A stretch of 64,000 nt of DNA, taken from NCBI GenBank assembly GCA_017523925.1, contig JAFWVQ010000027.1:5018-69017 (forward strand), written 5' to 3'. This DNA is from Clostridia bacterium (lineage in GTDB: Bacteria; Bacillota; Clostridia; Christensenellales; CAG-138). Positions 35,148 to 44,503 of this stretch are shown piece by piece. The translations under genes were made by a program, and so were the position numbers. Position 1 is the stretch's first letter. Every line of letters starts with the position of its first letter. The notes beneath the pieces are model-generated. The model was not told the origin of the DNA and searched no databases. It saw only the letters and a program-made list of their open reading frames with translations.

Positions 35148-36092
35148 GTGCGGACCTTATTCAACGCGGATACGCCCGAGCAGGCCGAAAGGCTGATAGA
35201 CGAGGCCGTGCGCGGCGGCGCGGAGCTGATCTTTACGACCACTCCCCCGCTGCTGGACACGGCGCTGAGATCCGCGCTGAAGCATCCGAAGGTGCGCTTC
35301 TACAATTGCTCCGCCTGTCAGCCGCTTTCAAGCGTGATAAGCTATTACTGCCGCACCTACGAGGGCAAGTTCATAACGGGGCTTATCGCGGGTGCGCTCG
35401 CCGAAAACGATCTCGTGGGCTACGTCGGCTCCTATCCGATCCTCGGCGTGCCTGCTTCGATAAACGCCTTCGCGCTTGGCGTGAGCATGACGAATCCGCG
35501 CGCGAAGGTGCTGCTTGAATGGAGCTGCGTGGAGCATGACTGCGTTGAAAAGCTCCGCGCGAAGGGCGCCGCCGTCATCTCGGAGCGCGACGTTCCCCTG
35601 CCCGGCGCGAACTACACCCAGCAGGGGCAATACGGCACCTTCCTCGTTGACGCGCACGGCGAGCTATTGCCGCTCGCTTCGCCGGTCTGGATGTGGGGCA
35701 ATCTATACGAAAGGATCATTCGCTCGGTCCTCTCCGGCGCATCGGAAAAGAAGGAGCAGGCCGTCAACTACTGGTGGGGCATGGATTCGGGCGTGATCGA
35801 CGTTGCGCTCTCGCGGCTCGTTCCTTCGGGAGTGCGCGCGCTTGCGGAGCTTATGATGGATAGGCTCAGGCAGGGCAGCTTCGACGTATTCTCCCTCGGG
35901 CTCACCGCGCAGGACGGCTCCGCGATCTCGGACGGAGCGAACCGCCTTTCCACGCTTGAAGTGCTCAGGATGGACAAGCTTGCCCAAACCGTTGTGGGCA
36001 GCATCCCCGAATATAAAGATATTCTCCCGATGTCGCGCGCGCTGGTGCGTGCGCTCGGCATCCACAGGGAGCGGATACCGCCGGAGGATTGA
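35148..36092 (+). CDS. BMP/PnrA-family (nucleoside-binding-protein-like) domain; C-terminal part of the split gene
   Basis: BMP-like sequence (KHLSIAFIFRGNGENSTW...) continues in-frame upstream to 34941 with no start codon. The first ATG at 35148 is internal to the domain. Confidence 0.6.
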   Translation: MRTLFNADTPEQAERLIDEAVRGGAELIFTTTPPLLDTALRSALKHPKVRFYNCSACQPLSSVISYYCRTYEGKFITGLIAGALAENDLVGYVGSYPILGVPASINAFALGVSMTNPRAKVLLEWSCVEHDCVEKLRAKGAAVISERDVPLPGANYTQQGQYGTFLVDAHGELLPLASPVWMWGNLYERIIRSVLSGASEKKEQAVNYWWGMDSGVIDVALSRLVPSGVRALAELMMDRLRQGSFDVFSLGLTAQDGSAISDGANRLSTLEVLRMDKLAQTVVGSIPEYKDILPMSRALVRALGIHRERIPPED

Positions 36093-36093
36093 G

Positions 36094-36759
36094 ATGAGGA
36101 TACTTGCCGTTTCAGACGAGGCGTCGCCCGCGCTTTGGGAGCATTACGCTACGGGCAGGCTCGATGAATACGATCTTATCCTGGCCTGCGGCGATCTTAA
36201 GGCCGAATACCTCACTTTTCTTGTTACGATGAGCCGTGCAAGGCTGCTGTACGTGCACGGGAACCATGACGGCGGCTACAAAACAAAGCCGCCCGAGGGC
36301 TGCGACGATATCGACGGGCATCTTGTTTCGTTCAACAGCGTTCGCATACTCGGGCTTGGCGGCTGTCTCAAATACTGCGAGGGCGAGCATCAATACACCG
36401 AGGGAAGGATGCGGCGCAGGATAGCGAAGCTGCGCCGCGCGATTTCGAAAGCGGGCGGGGTGGATATCGTGATAGCCCACGCTCCGCCGCGCGGCTTCGG
36501 CGACCTTGACGACCCTGCGCACCGCGGCTTCGAGGCCTTCGTTGAGCTGATAAACGAATACAGGCCGAAGTTGTTTCTGCACGGGCATATCCACCGCCGC
36601 TACGAGCCGCTGCTCAGCCGCGAACACTCGCTTGGCGGCACTCGGATAATCAATGTTTCGGAGCGCTTCGAGTTCGATCTTCCCGCGCAGTGCGACCGCT
36701 CCCAAGCGCTTGTGCGCCTTTCAAGATACCGGAAGCCGTCGGATGGGCCAAATGCCTGA
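36094..36759 (+). CDS. calcineurin-like metallophosphoesterase
   Basis: Motifs MRILAVSD, ACGDL, GNHD, AHAPP and GHIH. Start is 1 nt after the upstream stop. Confidence 0.8.
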   Translation: MRILAVSDEASPALWEHYATGRLDEYDLILACGDLKAEYLTFLVTMSRARLLYVHGNHDGGYKTKPPEGCDDIDGHLVSFNSVRILGLGGCLKYCEGEHQYTEGRMRRRIAKLRRAISKAGGVDIVIAHAPPRGFGDLDDPAHRGFEAFVELINEYRPKLFLHGHIHRRYEPLLSREHSLGGTRIINVSERFEFDLPAQCDRSQALVRLSRYRKPSDGPNA

Positions 36760-36894
36760 GCCTTCCTGTTATCCTTGTCCTTGTCCTTGTCCTAATTCTT
36801 ATCCTTGTCTTTGACTTAGATCGTATCTTTACCCTTATCCCTTGCCCTTACCCTTCCCTGCCGCCTGCGCGCCCGCTTTTAGCACCTATTTTAT

Positions 36895-36940
36895 AAGAAA
36901 AGACCGCCCGATCGCTTTGACGGGCGGTTTGCGTATTTTG
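36895..36940. terminator. hairpin ACCGCCCG-N10-CGGGCGGT flanked by A-rich and T-rich runs (bidirectional terminator-like)
   Basis: Read directly, downstream of the phosphoesterase gene. Confidence 0.55.
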
Positions 36941-36956
36941 AACGCATGAACAGGCA

Positions 36957-37051
36957 GGAAAAAGTCGGAAAAGTCGGAAAAGTCGAAAAAAATCCGGAAC
37001 GAGTCCGGAAAAGAATCCGGAAAAAAGTCGGAAAAGAGTCCGAAAAAAGTC
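36957..37051. repeat. nine degenerate tandem units of GGAAAAGTC (9-12 bp period), i.e. phased A-tracts
   Basis: Sequence reads ggaaaaagtc ggaaaagtc ggaaaagtc gaaaaaaatcc ggaacgagtcc ggaaaagaatcc ggaaaaaagtc ggaaaagagtcc gaaaaaagtc. Confidence 0.85.
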
Positions 37052-37090
37052 GGACCGCATTCGATCCGGCTGCGAAACCGAATGCGGTCC
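37040..37090 (-). terminator. terminator of the S8 peptidase gene
   Basis: 12-bp stem GGACCGCATTCG/CGAATGCGGTCC followed on the minus strand by GACTTTTTTCGG. Confidence 0.7.
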
Positions 37091-37230
37091 TAGTTCATAC
37101 AAATCAAACTCCTCGCAAGTTTGAAAGAGGCAGCAAAAAGCATTTATTCTGATCGTAAAGCATTCGCCAAGTCGACATTCGATAGTCGATAGTCGGGCGG
37201 TTTTTGCGTTACGATCCGATAGTGGAGCGC

Positions 37231-39873
37231 TTATCCAAGTCCAAGTGCGGTCCTGAGGATCGTGATCGCGTCCGCAACGGTTATGGTGCCGTTTCCGTCC
37301 ATATCCGCCGCCTGAGTATTCAGCTCGGACTCATTGATGAGACCCATTGCAAAGCGCAGCGCCAGAAGCGCGTCCGCAACGTTGACCGTGCCGCTGTTGT
37401 CCGAATCGCCGGGCAGAACTGCGGAAACGGAGCCGGAATACTCAACGTCGTCAACGTAGGCGGCGTCCTCGGCACCGACCCACTGGCTGAAGTCGAGACC
37501 GTGCTTTTCGTAGGACCACTTGAAGGTGTAGGTCTTATCGGCGGTCGCCGTGAAGGTGTAGGTGCGCCAGTTGGTTTCGCCGGAAAGTTCCGTCTGCTTC
37601 GCGCCGTCCACATAGAAGCGGAAGTAGTCGTAGCCGTCCACGGAGCTGGTCCTGTAGCGGAAGGAGAGCGTTTCGCCCGCGTGCATGGGAAGATCAAGGG
37701 TGAAGAAGCTGCTCGTGCCCGCCTCGTACCAGTTGGTGGAGGTGACGTAATCCTTCATCGGCAGCCAGAGGAACTGAGCTTCATTATTGAAGGGGAGCTC
37801 GGCGTCGCCCGCATTGATCGCGGAAGAGAAGGAATGGAAGAAATCGAACCCCTTGACCATCGCGCAGTCGTCGCCGCTTGAACCGGATGCATTCTTCTTG
37901 AACTCGAAGGAGAGCGCGAGAGTGCCGCTGACGGGAGCGGTGTATTCGTACTTGACGAAGCCGTCCGTAGTGCCGGAGGTGAGCACGGTGCTGCCGTTCA
38001 CCTTAAACAGGAAGCTGTCGCCCGATTCGGCGCTGACCTTGTAGCTGAAGGCGATGATCATGCCCTTTTTGAGCGTAACGGAGGCGTTCATCATTGAGGA
38101 AGAATTGTGAATGCCGGCGTTACCGCTCATTGCGGCGTTCTCGGCATCGTTCACGATCCAGGGGTTTGCGCCTGTGGAGGTGAATTCTACTGTTCCGCCC
38201 GAGATATTCGCCGCGGAGGAGATGGATTTATTTACTCTGAAATTGCGGATCCACGCCTTATCGGAGCCGGAAGCGCCCGAGGCGTCCTTTCCGTATTCAA
38301 AGCTCAGCGAAACGCTGCCGGTGAAGGGAATGCTGACCGTTTCGCTCGTCCAGCCATGCTCGCCGCTCGTTTCGAAAACGGTGGTGCCGTTCGCTTTAAC
38401 GCGCAGATAGTCGTGGCCCTGCTCGCTGCTGATCTTATAATCGAAGGTAACGCTCTGGTGCAGGCCGAGGGTGAGCTCGGTCTTCATAACGGAGCTGGAG
38501 TTGTTCGTGCCCGCGTTGCCGCTGACGGCGGAATTGCCGTCCACGGTCCATGCGTGATTGCCGGTGGAGGAGAAGTGATAATGCACGCCCGAAGCGTTGA
38601 CGGCGGGATTCAGTCCGAAAAGGTTCGGGGCAAGATGCGCCATGCCGGTGCCTGCGTTCTGAGCGTTGATGCTCTGCGCGGTGCCTTTGATCGCGCTTAC
38701 AACCTCGTCCGCGTTCATATCGGGATTTGCGGTCTTTATCTGCGCGGCAACCGCGGCAACATGGGGCGCCGCCATGGAGGTGCCGTCGTTCGACTCAAAG
38801 CCGCCGCCGGGAACGGAGCTGTTGATGCCCTCGCCGGGAGCCGCGACGTCAACGAGATCGCCGAAGTTGGAGAAATAGCTCAGGGAATGGCCCGTGCCGA
38901 TCGATGCGACCGTGCAGGCGCGCTCAACGTTGGCGGGGCAGCTCGTTGAAGCATCGAGGGATTCGTTGCCCGCAGCGACAACGACCGAGGTGCCGTTATC
39001 GAAGGCGTTGCCGATGGCTTCTGAAAGCAGGTGATGATCCGCGCCCTCGTCGCAGGGGCCGCCAAGGGACATATTCTCGACCTTCGCGCCGTGCAGATAG
39101 GCGTATTCGATACCGAGGCAGCAATCAAGATTGCTGCCTGCGCCGGAGTCGGAAAGCACCTTGATGGGCATGATCTTGACGTTTGCAAAGGTGCCGTCCA
39201 CGACCGTGCCGGAAACGTGGGTGCCGTGGCTGTGTCCGTCATGGGGGTTATCGGTATTGTTCACAAAGTTCCAGCCGGGAACGAGTCTGCCCGTGAGGAA
39301 GGGATGGGAGGCATCCGCGCCGGTATCGATAACGGCAACGATGACCTCGGGCATATTCTCAACGCTGCCGTACATGGCGTACAGCCACTCGTTGTATTCG
39401 TACATATTCATATGGTTCGCACCGAAGCCCCAGGATTTGAAGGAGTTCGAGCCGGGGGTGGCGCAGACGCTGACGATGCCGTCCGGCTCCGCCCACTCGA
39501 CCTTATCCATCTTCTTGAAGCGGGCAAGTGCGGCTCGCGCTTCTTCGGCGGATGCATACTGGAAGACCTGCCAATCGTTATAGCCGCCAGCATGGGCGAC
39601 CGCCTTTTCATCGGACAGCTTCGCGGAGGATTTTACGATGATCCTTGCAAGCGCGAACTCTCCGTCGGCCTTCTTTTCTTCGATATCCTTGTTGTAAACC
39701 GCGGTTATCTCGGCAACTTCCGCAGCAAAATCATTTAGCTGCGCGATCTTTGCCGAGCGCTCACTCTCCGTCAGCGGGCGAACGCTCTGCTTCGCGCCGC
39801 CGGTGACGGGGAACAGAGCAAGCGCCATGATGACGGCGAGCATGAGTGAAAGCAATCGTGTTGTCCTTTTCAT
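37231..39873 (-). CDS. secreted subtilisin-like serine peptidase (S8) with three beta-sandwich modules and a C-terminal dockerin
   Basis: Signal peptide. Catalytic triad motifs VAVIDTGAD, HGTHVSGT and GTSMAAPHVA. Dockerin GDSDNSGTVNVADALLALR ... ADMDGNGTITVADAITILR. Confidence 0.9.
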   Translation of the reverse strand: MKRTTRLLSLMLAVIMALALFPVTGGAKQSVRPLTESERSAKIAQLNDFAAEVAEITAVYNKDIEEKKADGEFALARIIVKSSAKLSDEKAVAHAGGYNDWQVFQYASAEEARAALARFKKMDKVEWAEPDGIVSVCATPGSNSFKSWGFGANHMNMYEYNEWLYAMYGSVENMPEVIVAVIDTGADASHPFLTGRLVPGWNFVNNTDNPHDGHSHGTHVSGTVVDGTFANVKIMPIKVLSDSGAGSNLDCCLGIEYAYLHGAKVENMSLGGPCDEGADHHLLSEAIGNAFDNGTSVVVAAGNESLDASTSCPANVERACTVASIGTGHSLSYFSNFGDLVDVAAPGEGINSSVPGGGFESNDGTSMAAPHVAAVAAQIKTANPDMNADEVVSAIKGTAQSINAQNAGTGMAHLAPNLFGLNPAVNASGVHYHFSSTGNHAWTVDGNSAVSGNAGTNNSSSVMKTELTLGLHQSVTFDYKISSEQGHDYLRVKANGTTVFETSGEHGWTSETVSIPFTGSVSLSFEYGKDASGASGSDKAWIRNFRVNKSISSAANISGGTVEFTSTGANPWIVNDAENAAMSGNAGIHNSSSMMNASVTLKKGMIIAFSYKVSAESGDSFLFKVNGSTVLTSGTTDGFVKYEYTAPVSGTLALSFEFKKNASGSSGDDCAMVKGFDFFHSFSSAINAGDAELPFNNEAQFLWLPMKDYVTSTNWYEAGTSSFFTLDLPMHAGETLSFRYRTSSVDGYDYFRFYVDGAKQTELSGETNWRTYTFTATADKTYTFKWSYEKHGLDFSQWVGAEDAAYVDDVEYSGSVSAVLPGDSDNSGTVNVADALLALRFAMGLINESELNTQAADMDGNGTITVADAITILRTALGLG

Positions 39874-40016
39874 AGGGTGACCTCCTTGTGTTCGTTTTAT
39901 TTAAACGTTCACCTAATCATTAGATGGGCATATTATATCATGCCGCCATCTAAAAGGTCAAGCATTTTTTTATACGCTTTATATTCTTATTTTTCATTAA
40001 TATTTCGAATTCCGCG

Positions 40017-40070
40017 TTGTTTTCCCGACTTTTCCCAGTTTTTCGCTGCTTTTCTCAACTTTTCTCGGTT
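40017..40070. repeat. phased T-tracts including GACTTTTCC, the exact reverse complement of the 36957-37051 repeat unit
   Basis: Sequence gttttccc gacttttccca gtttttcgct gcttttctcaa cttttctcgg, immediately upstream of a TTGACT -35. Confidence 0.7.
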
Positions 40071-40139
40071 CAACCGTTGACTTTGATAATTCGATATGTT
40101 ATTTTATATGTATCAAAACCAAACGGAACGGTGAGGAAT

Positions 40140-41243
40140 ATGCTGAAATACTATTATCCTGTCGATGACGCGGTCGTGTACTTTATAAACAGGGTAAATA
40201 AAACCGAGAACGCGGCGTACCTAAACAGGCATATCGCGAAGTATCCCGAGCTGAAAAAGCAGCTTGAAGCGCTGCTCTCGCCGTCGATCGAGCTTGAAAA
40301 GCAGCTTAGTCTAAAGATCCGCTCGCTCGATCGCGAATGCGACTTTTTCTTCGGGTTGGACCGCTCCGTGAGCGGAAGCTCCCAGCCGATTTGGTCGGCA
40401 GCCAATCTGCTTCTTGGGTACCCGGCAGGGCTCGGCGAAACGGCGCAGGGGCTTGACGAGCTGCTTAACAGCAGGCTTGCGCTCTCCGTCGAAAGCAGAA
40501 ACAAGCTTTTTTTGAGTTATCTTTCCGATCTTGACGATACCGAGACGGACGGCGGCGCCGAGCGTTCGGCGGACGAAGAGGATATCCCTTCGCTTATAGC
40601 GTCGAGCAAGCTCAGCTCGCTTACAAGGATAAAGCTGAGTGAGCTATATTGCAATTTCGACGATCACCTGAGAAGGCTGTTTGAGATACTTCGCCCCGCC
40701 GTCGAGGTCATAGATAGCAGCGTCAAGCTGTATAGAGCCGAGGTGGAGCGGCAGATACAGCGCTTTGACGAGGCCGGAGGGCTTGGCGCGTATATGAGCG
40801 CATACCACAGCTTTGAATTGAGCGCGGGCGGCGGGCATAAGGCGCATATAAGCGTGCTTGCACCGCACACCGTGAACATTTGCGACGGTGTGTTCGATTC
40901 AATGGACGTTTACGTCGGCTGCGCCGTGGTAGAGCTGAGCCGTCTGCTCTATTTCGGGAACGACAGCGAACATCTTACCGTGATGTTCAAGCTGCTTTCG
41001 GATAAAACGCGCCTTGAGATGCTCCGGGCTATAAGCGCGCGCCCCATGTACGGGCAGGAGCTTGCGGAGATGTTCTCCGTGACGGCGCCGACCGTTTCGT
41101 ATCATATGACGAAGCTCGTGATAAGCGGGCTTGCGGAAAGCTATTTTGACGGAGGAAAAAGCTTTTTCAAGGCAAATGCAAAGAATCTGCTTGCGCTTGA
41201 AAAAAGCTTCCAAGATTTTTTCGACTCGGGCAAAAAGCGTTGA
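40140..41243 (+). CDS. ArsR-family wHTH regulator with a ~280-aa N-terminal domain of unknown function
   Basis: C-terminus LSDKTRLEMLRAISARPMYGQELAEMFSVTAPTVSYHMTKL. Start ATG 40140 (MLKYYYPVDD). Paralog at 55113. Confidence 0.75.
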   Translation: MLKYYYPVDDAVVYFINRVNKTENAAYLNRHIAKYPELKKQLEALLSPSIELEKQLSLKIRSLDRECDFFFGLDRSVSGSSQPIWSAANLLLGYPAGLGETAQGLDELLNSRLALSVESRNKLFLSYLSDLDDTETDGGAERSADEEDIPSLIASSKLSSLTRIKLSELYCNFDDHLRRLFEILRPAVEVIDSSVKLYRAEVERQIQRFDEAGGLGAYMSAYHSFELSAGGGHKAHISVLAPHTVNICDGVFDSMDVYVGCAVVELSRLLYFGNDSEHLTVMFKLLSDKTRLEMLRAISARPMYGQELAEMFSVTAPTVSYHMTKLVISGLAESYFDGGKSFFKANAKNLLALEKSFQDFFDSGKKR

Positions 41244-41327
41244 TCCCGTCTGCAAATTCGAAGCCTATCCGCCCGCTTCGTCTTTGCGGAGGAGCATGCC
41301 CGGGAGCACAAGTAAAGGTATCGGATC

Positions 41328-42029
41328 ATGAGATTTATCACATATATAGAGAACGAACGCTTCGCGGTCGGGACCACCGGAAGAAGCATCCGCGTTTTCG
41401 GCAGAGGTGGGCAAAAGCTTGCGGAATTCCGTGATCTCACCTATGCTTACTTCGCTGCGTTCACGCCCGACGGGGACGGGCTCATCGTCAAGTCCACCGA
41501 GGGCAAGCTCGCGCTGTACTCGCTTACAGAGCTGAAGCTTGTTAAGAAGCTGCGCTGCGGCAACTCCCCGCAGGACGGTTGCTTCTGCTTTTCATCGGAC
41601 GGCATGCGGTTTTTGAATGTCGCGATGCACGAAAAACCGCGAAGGTGGGAGATCGCGGCATACAGCGCGAACGGGCTTGACGAGCTCGAAACGGTGTTTT
41701 CTTCGGAAAAATGCGCCATCCTCGGCCTCGAATGCGGCGAAGACTGCTCGTATTACGTTCTTGGGAAGGACGACGAGGCTTTCGTCGGCATCATCAGGGA
41801 CGGGGAGCTTCTCGAGAGGTACTCTCTGAGTTTTGAAAAGAGCGCGCTTTATATCGACGCCTTGAGACTGCGCATGACCGGTTATACCGAGGAGGGTTAT
41901 AAAAGCACCTTCGCGGCGACCGGGATGCTGCCCTGCTCCCCCACCGTTGACGAATTTAAAGAACATGATCTGACGCTTAAAAAGCTGCTAAGTGAAATAA
42001 AAAGTGAATTGAAAAATTCCGATGCATGA
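41328..42029 (+). CDS. hypothetical protein (possible beta-propeller-like repeats)
   Basis: 233-aa ORF with good coding statistics and no motif recognised. Confidence 0.5.
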   Translation: MRFITYIENERFAVGTTGRSIRVFGRGGQKLAEFRDLTYAYFAAFTPDGDGLIVKSTEGKLALYSLTELKLVKKLRCGNSPQDGCFCFSSDGMRFLNVAMHEKPRRWEIAAYSANGLDELETVFSSEKCAILGLECGEDCSYYVLGKDDEAFVGIIRDGELLERYSLSFEKSALYIDALRLRMTGYTEEGYKSTFAATGMLPCSPTVDEFKEHDLTLKKLLSEIKSELKNSDA

Positions 42030-42499
42030 GCACGCGCTTTTTCGCAGGCACCCGCTCGAAGCGGGTGCAGCGGACGAGCTTGCGCCGCTGATCGATCGCA
42101 CGCTCGCCGAGGAGGAGCCGTTGGAGCCGCATCGAAAGCCCAGCCCGACTTGAGCGAAAAGCTCATGACGCTGCTTACCTGAAGGCTCCCGGCGCTGCTT
42201 GCCTGAAGGCAACGCCCCCCTCATTAAACATGCAGCAGAGCCTCAGGCACAGCAAGCCTGACGGCAGTTATGCTTCAATACCACAATATATAAAAATGCA
42301 TACCACAGTTTTAAATCGACTCCGGCTGCCGTCATATAGGTACGGCGCATACAAGCATGCCTGAGCCGCATACCGCAGCATCCGAGGCGAGTTTGCGATT
42401 CATTTGACGTTTACGCCTGATGTACAGTATTCTGTTCGAACCGATCCGCTTTTCTCTCGGGAGCACGCATACTTACCCTTACTGCTGCGCCTGCCGCGA

Positions 42500-43147
42500 T
42501 CATGTCCGATGCTTTCTATCCCAGGCGCATGCGTACATATCGAGGCCATTGGCGCCGCTTCTCAATTCGTCGATCTCTTTGGCGCAGGCAGCGACCGCTT
42601 CCGCGATATACTCATCGCTCATTGCTTTGGTGAAAAAGAAGATCTCCCCGTTCGCTGCTGAATTGAAAAACGAATCCATGCTTTCGGCAAGAAGCCGTGT
42701 ATTGAACCGGCAGATCTCGCAAAGGCGCTCCTCTTCGAAGCCCTCCGGCACGGCAATATCATTTGTTAAACGATACTTTTCTATTATATAACGATTGACG
42801 AGCGAGTAATCGTTATGAAGCTTTTCGACGTTGCCCGGAGGGATGGGATCCCAGCCGTGCTTATCGTACACGAAGCGCCTGAAAACCGCATCCTGGATCA
42901 GGTGAAGATAGTAACCAAGATACAGATCATCCTCAAGCATCCGCTTTCCGAACGCGCTGCGGAACGCATCGAGATCATAAGTTTTCTTCCTGCCGCCGTC
43001 GAAAGTTACCTTCAAATGGCTGTTTCCATCGCCAAAATCCACGACGATCGCGCCGAATCTCAATCGATTCGGATCGGCAAAGCTGCGAAGCTTTATCAGC
43101 TCGCTTATCACTGCTGAATGAACTATGCTCGACGCCATGGGAAGCAT
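42500..43147 (-). CDS. hypothetical hydrolase-like protein (zinc-dependent phospholipase C-like HxxxD motif)
   Basis: The motif YLGYYLHLIQD gives weak family resemblance only. The ATG at 43138 has better SD spacing. Confidence 0.45.
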   Translation of the reverse strand: MLPMASSIVHSAVISELIKLRSFADPNRLRFGAIVVDFGDGNSHLKVTFDGGRKKTYDLDAFRSAFGKRMLEDDLYLGYYLHLIQDAVFRRFVYDKHGWDPIPPGNVEKLHNDYSLVNRYIIEKYRLTNDIAVPEGFEEERLCEICRFNTRLLAESMDSFFNSAANGEIFFFTKAMSDEYIAEAVAACAKEIDELRSGANGLDMYACAWDRKHRT

Positions 43148-43177
43148 TCCTCCTTCGCACCTGCGGCTCCCTCGAGT

Positions 43178-43546
43178 TCACCTTGTCGGTATGATCTCGA
43201 GCCAGTATCCGTCGGGATCCTGGATGAAATAGATGCCCATGTTCGGGTTCTCGAAGCAGATGCAGCCCATCTCCTCGTGAAGGGCGTGCGCGGCCGCGTA
43301 ATCGTCCGTTCTGAACGCAAGGTGGAACTCCTCCTCGCCGATATCATAGGGCTCGGGATGATCGCGCAGCCAGGTGAGCTCCAGCTCGAACTCGCTGTTT
43401 TCATTTCCTATATAAACGATTATGAACGAGCCGTCGGCTGCCGCCTTGCGGCGCTTTTCGTGAAGCCCGAGCGCCTTTTCGTAGAACGCGAGAGAGCGCT
43501 CGAGATCCATCACGTTGTAGTTTTCATGTATCATTTTGAATTGCAT
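43178..43546 (-). CDS. glyoxalase I / VOC-family protein (lactoylglutathione lyase-like)
   Basis: Start ATG 43546 follows AAAGGAGAG. Sequence HENYNVMDLERSLAFYEKALGL ... GYWLEIIP. Confidence 0.75.
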   Translation of the reverse strand: MQFKMIHENYNVMDLERSLAFYEKALGLHEKRRKAAADGSFIIVYIGNENSEFELELTWLRDHPEPYDIGEEEFHLAFRTDDYAAAHALHEEMGCICFENPNMGIYFIQDPDGYWLEIIPTR

Positions 43547-43590
43547 GTTTTCTCTCCTTTGTGCAAAATTCATCGGGTTTGGCAGCTTTA

Positions 43591-44304
43591 TCACAGCATC
43601 AGCTTCCAATGCTTTTCCTTCGCGGTGTCCACGATGACCGCATCCGACGCCGAAGTTTTTTGGAGCGCGATGAAGCGTTCAACTATGCTGCGATCCTTCC
43701 AAAAATGCATTGGGAATACGTATTTTGCGCGGCAGAGCGCGAGGAACAGTTCAAGCCCCTTTGCGTAGTTTTCGCCGAGCCGATCGTCCAGAACGACGAA
43801 CGCGGCGTCGATATGCTCATCGGCAAGCTTCATCAGTTCGCCGCGAAAAACGCGCCCCTGCTCCGCAAGCCAATCCGCGTCCTCACCCGGCCAGTCCCAC
43901 CAATGCAGGTCGCCTGCATGAAAAAGCGTTGCCTCGGGCGTTTTAACGAGGAAAGCAACGCCCTCGTCGGTTGATGCGAGCGTTCGCACCTCGCCCAAGC
44001 CCGCGATCTCGCAGCGCGCATCCGCCGAAAGGTATCGAACGTTCGCATCCTTCGGAATGGCCGAATTTTCCGCGGTATCGAAGGAAAGCAGGTATTCGGT
44101 GCGGCTGTGGACTGCGGGGAGCGTGAATATCTTCGGGTCGAAGTGATCCGAATGCGCGTGGCTTACGAAAACGAAAAGCGGCTTTTCATTCTGTTTGCGC
44201 TCGACGAACGAAAGATCGGCGCGATAAGCATCGAAAAGCAGCATCGCGCTTTCCGTTTCGGCGAAAAATCCGCTGTGGCCGAGATAAACGATATCAAGCT
44301 CCAT
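43591..44304 (-). CDS. MBL-fold metallo-hydrolase
   Basis: Start ATG 44304 follows AAAGGAG. Metal-binding motif SHAHSDH. Confidence 0.75.
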   Translation of the reverse strand: MELDIVYLGHSGFFAETESAMLLFDAYRADLSFVERKQNEKPLFVFVSHAHSDHFDPKIFTLPAVHSRTEYLLSFDTAENSAIPKDANVRYLSADARCEIAGLGEVRTLASTDEGVAFLVKTPEATLFHAGDLHWWDWPGEDADWLAEQGRVFRGELMKLADEHIDAAFVVLDDRLGENYAKGLELFLALCRAKYVFPMHFWKDRSIVERFIALQKTSASDAVIVDTAKEKHWKLML

Positions 44305-44503
44305 CCGCTTGCTCCTTTTCCTATCGCTGTTTAGCCGTAGTATATCAGTTTTTTCCGTTATTGGCAAGGGCGGAGGAGGCGGAATGCACTGCGCGGCGCA
44401 CCCCTCTCCCCCGCCCGTTTTATCGGACGATCGTCTCCTTTTGTCTTAGAAGATCAAATCCTTTGGTCTTATTCGAAGCCGAAGCCGCGCAGAGCGCACC
44501 CTC

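Noticed and set aside
36957-37051. Tandem GGAAAAGTC repeats considered as a possible CRISPR array.
   Set aside because: The units are only 9-12 bp, contiguous with no spacers, and degenerate. No cas genes are nearby.
42170-42210. 17-nt direct repeat GCTGCTT(A/G)CCTGAAGGC spaced 24 nt apart in the 470-bp non-coding stretch 42030-42499.
   Set aside because: It is a single duplication with a period divisible by three, most simply a remnant of decayed coding sequence. There are no further copies or associated structure.
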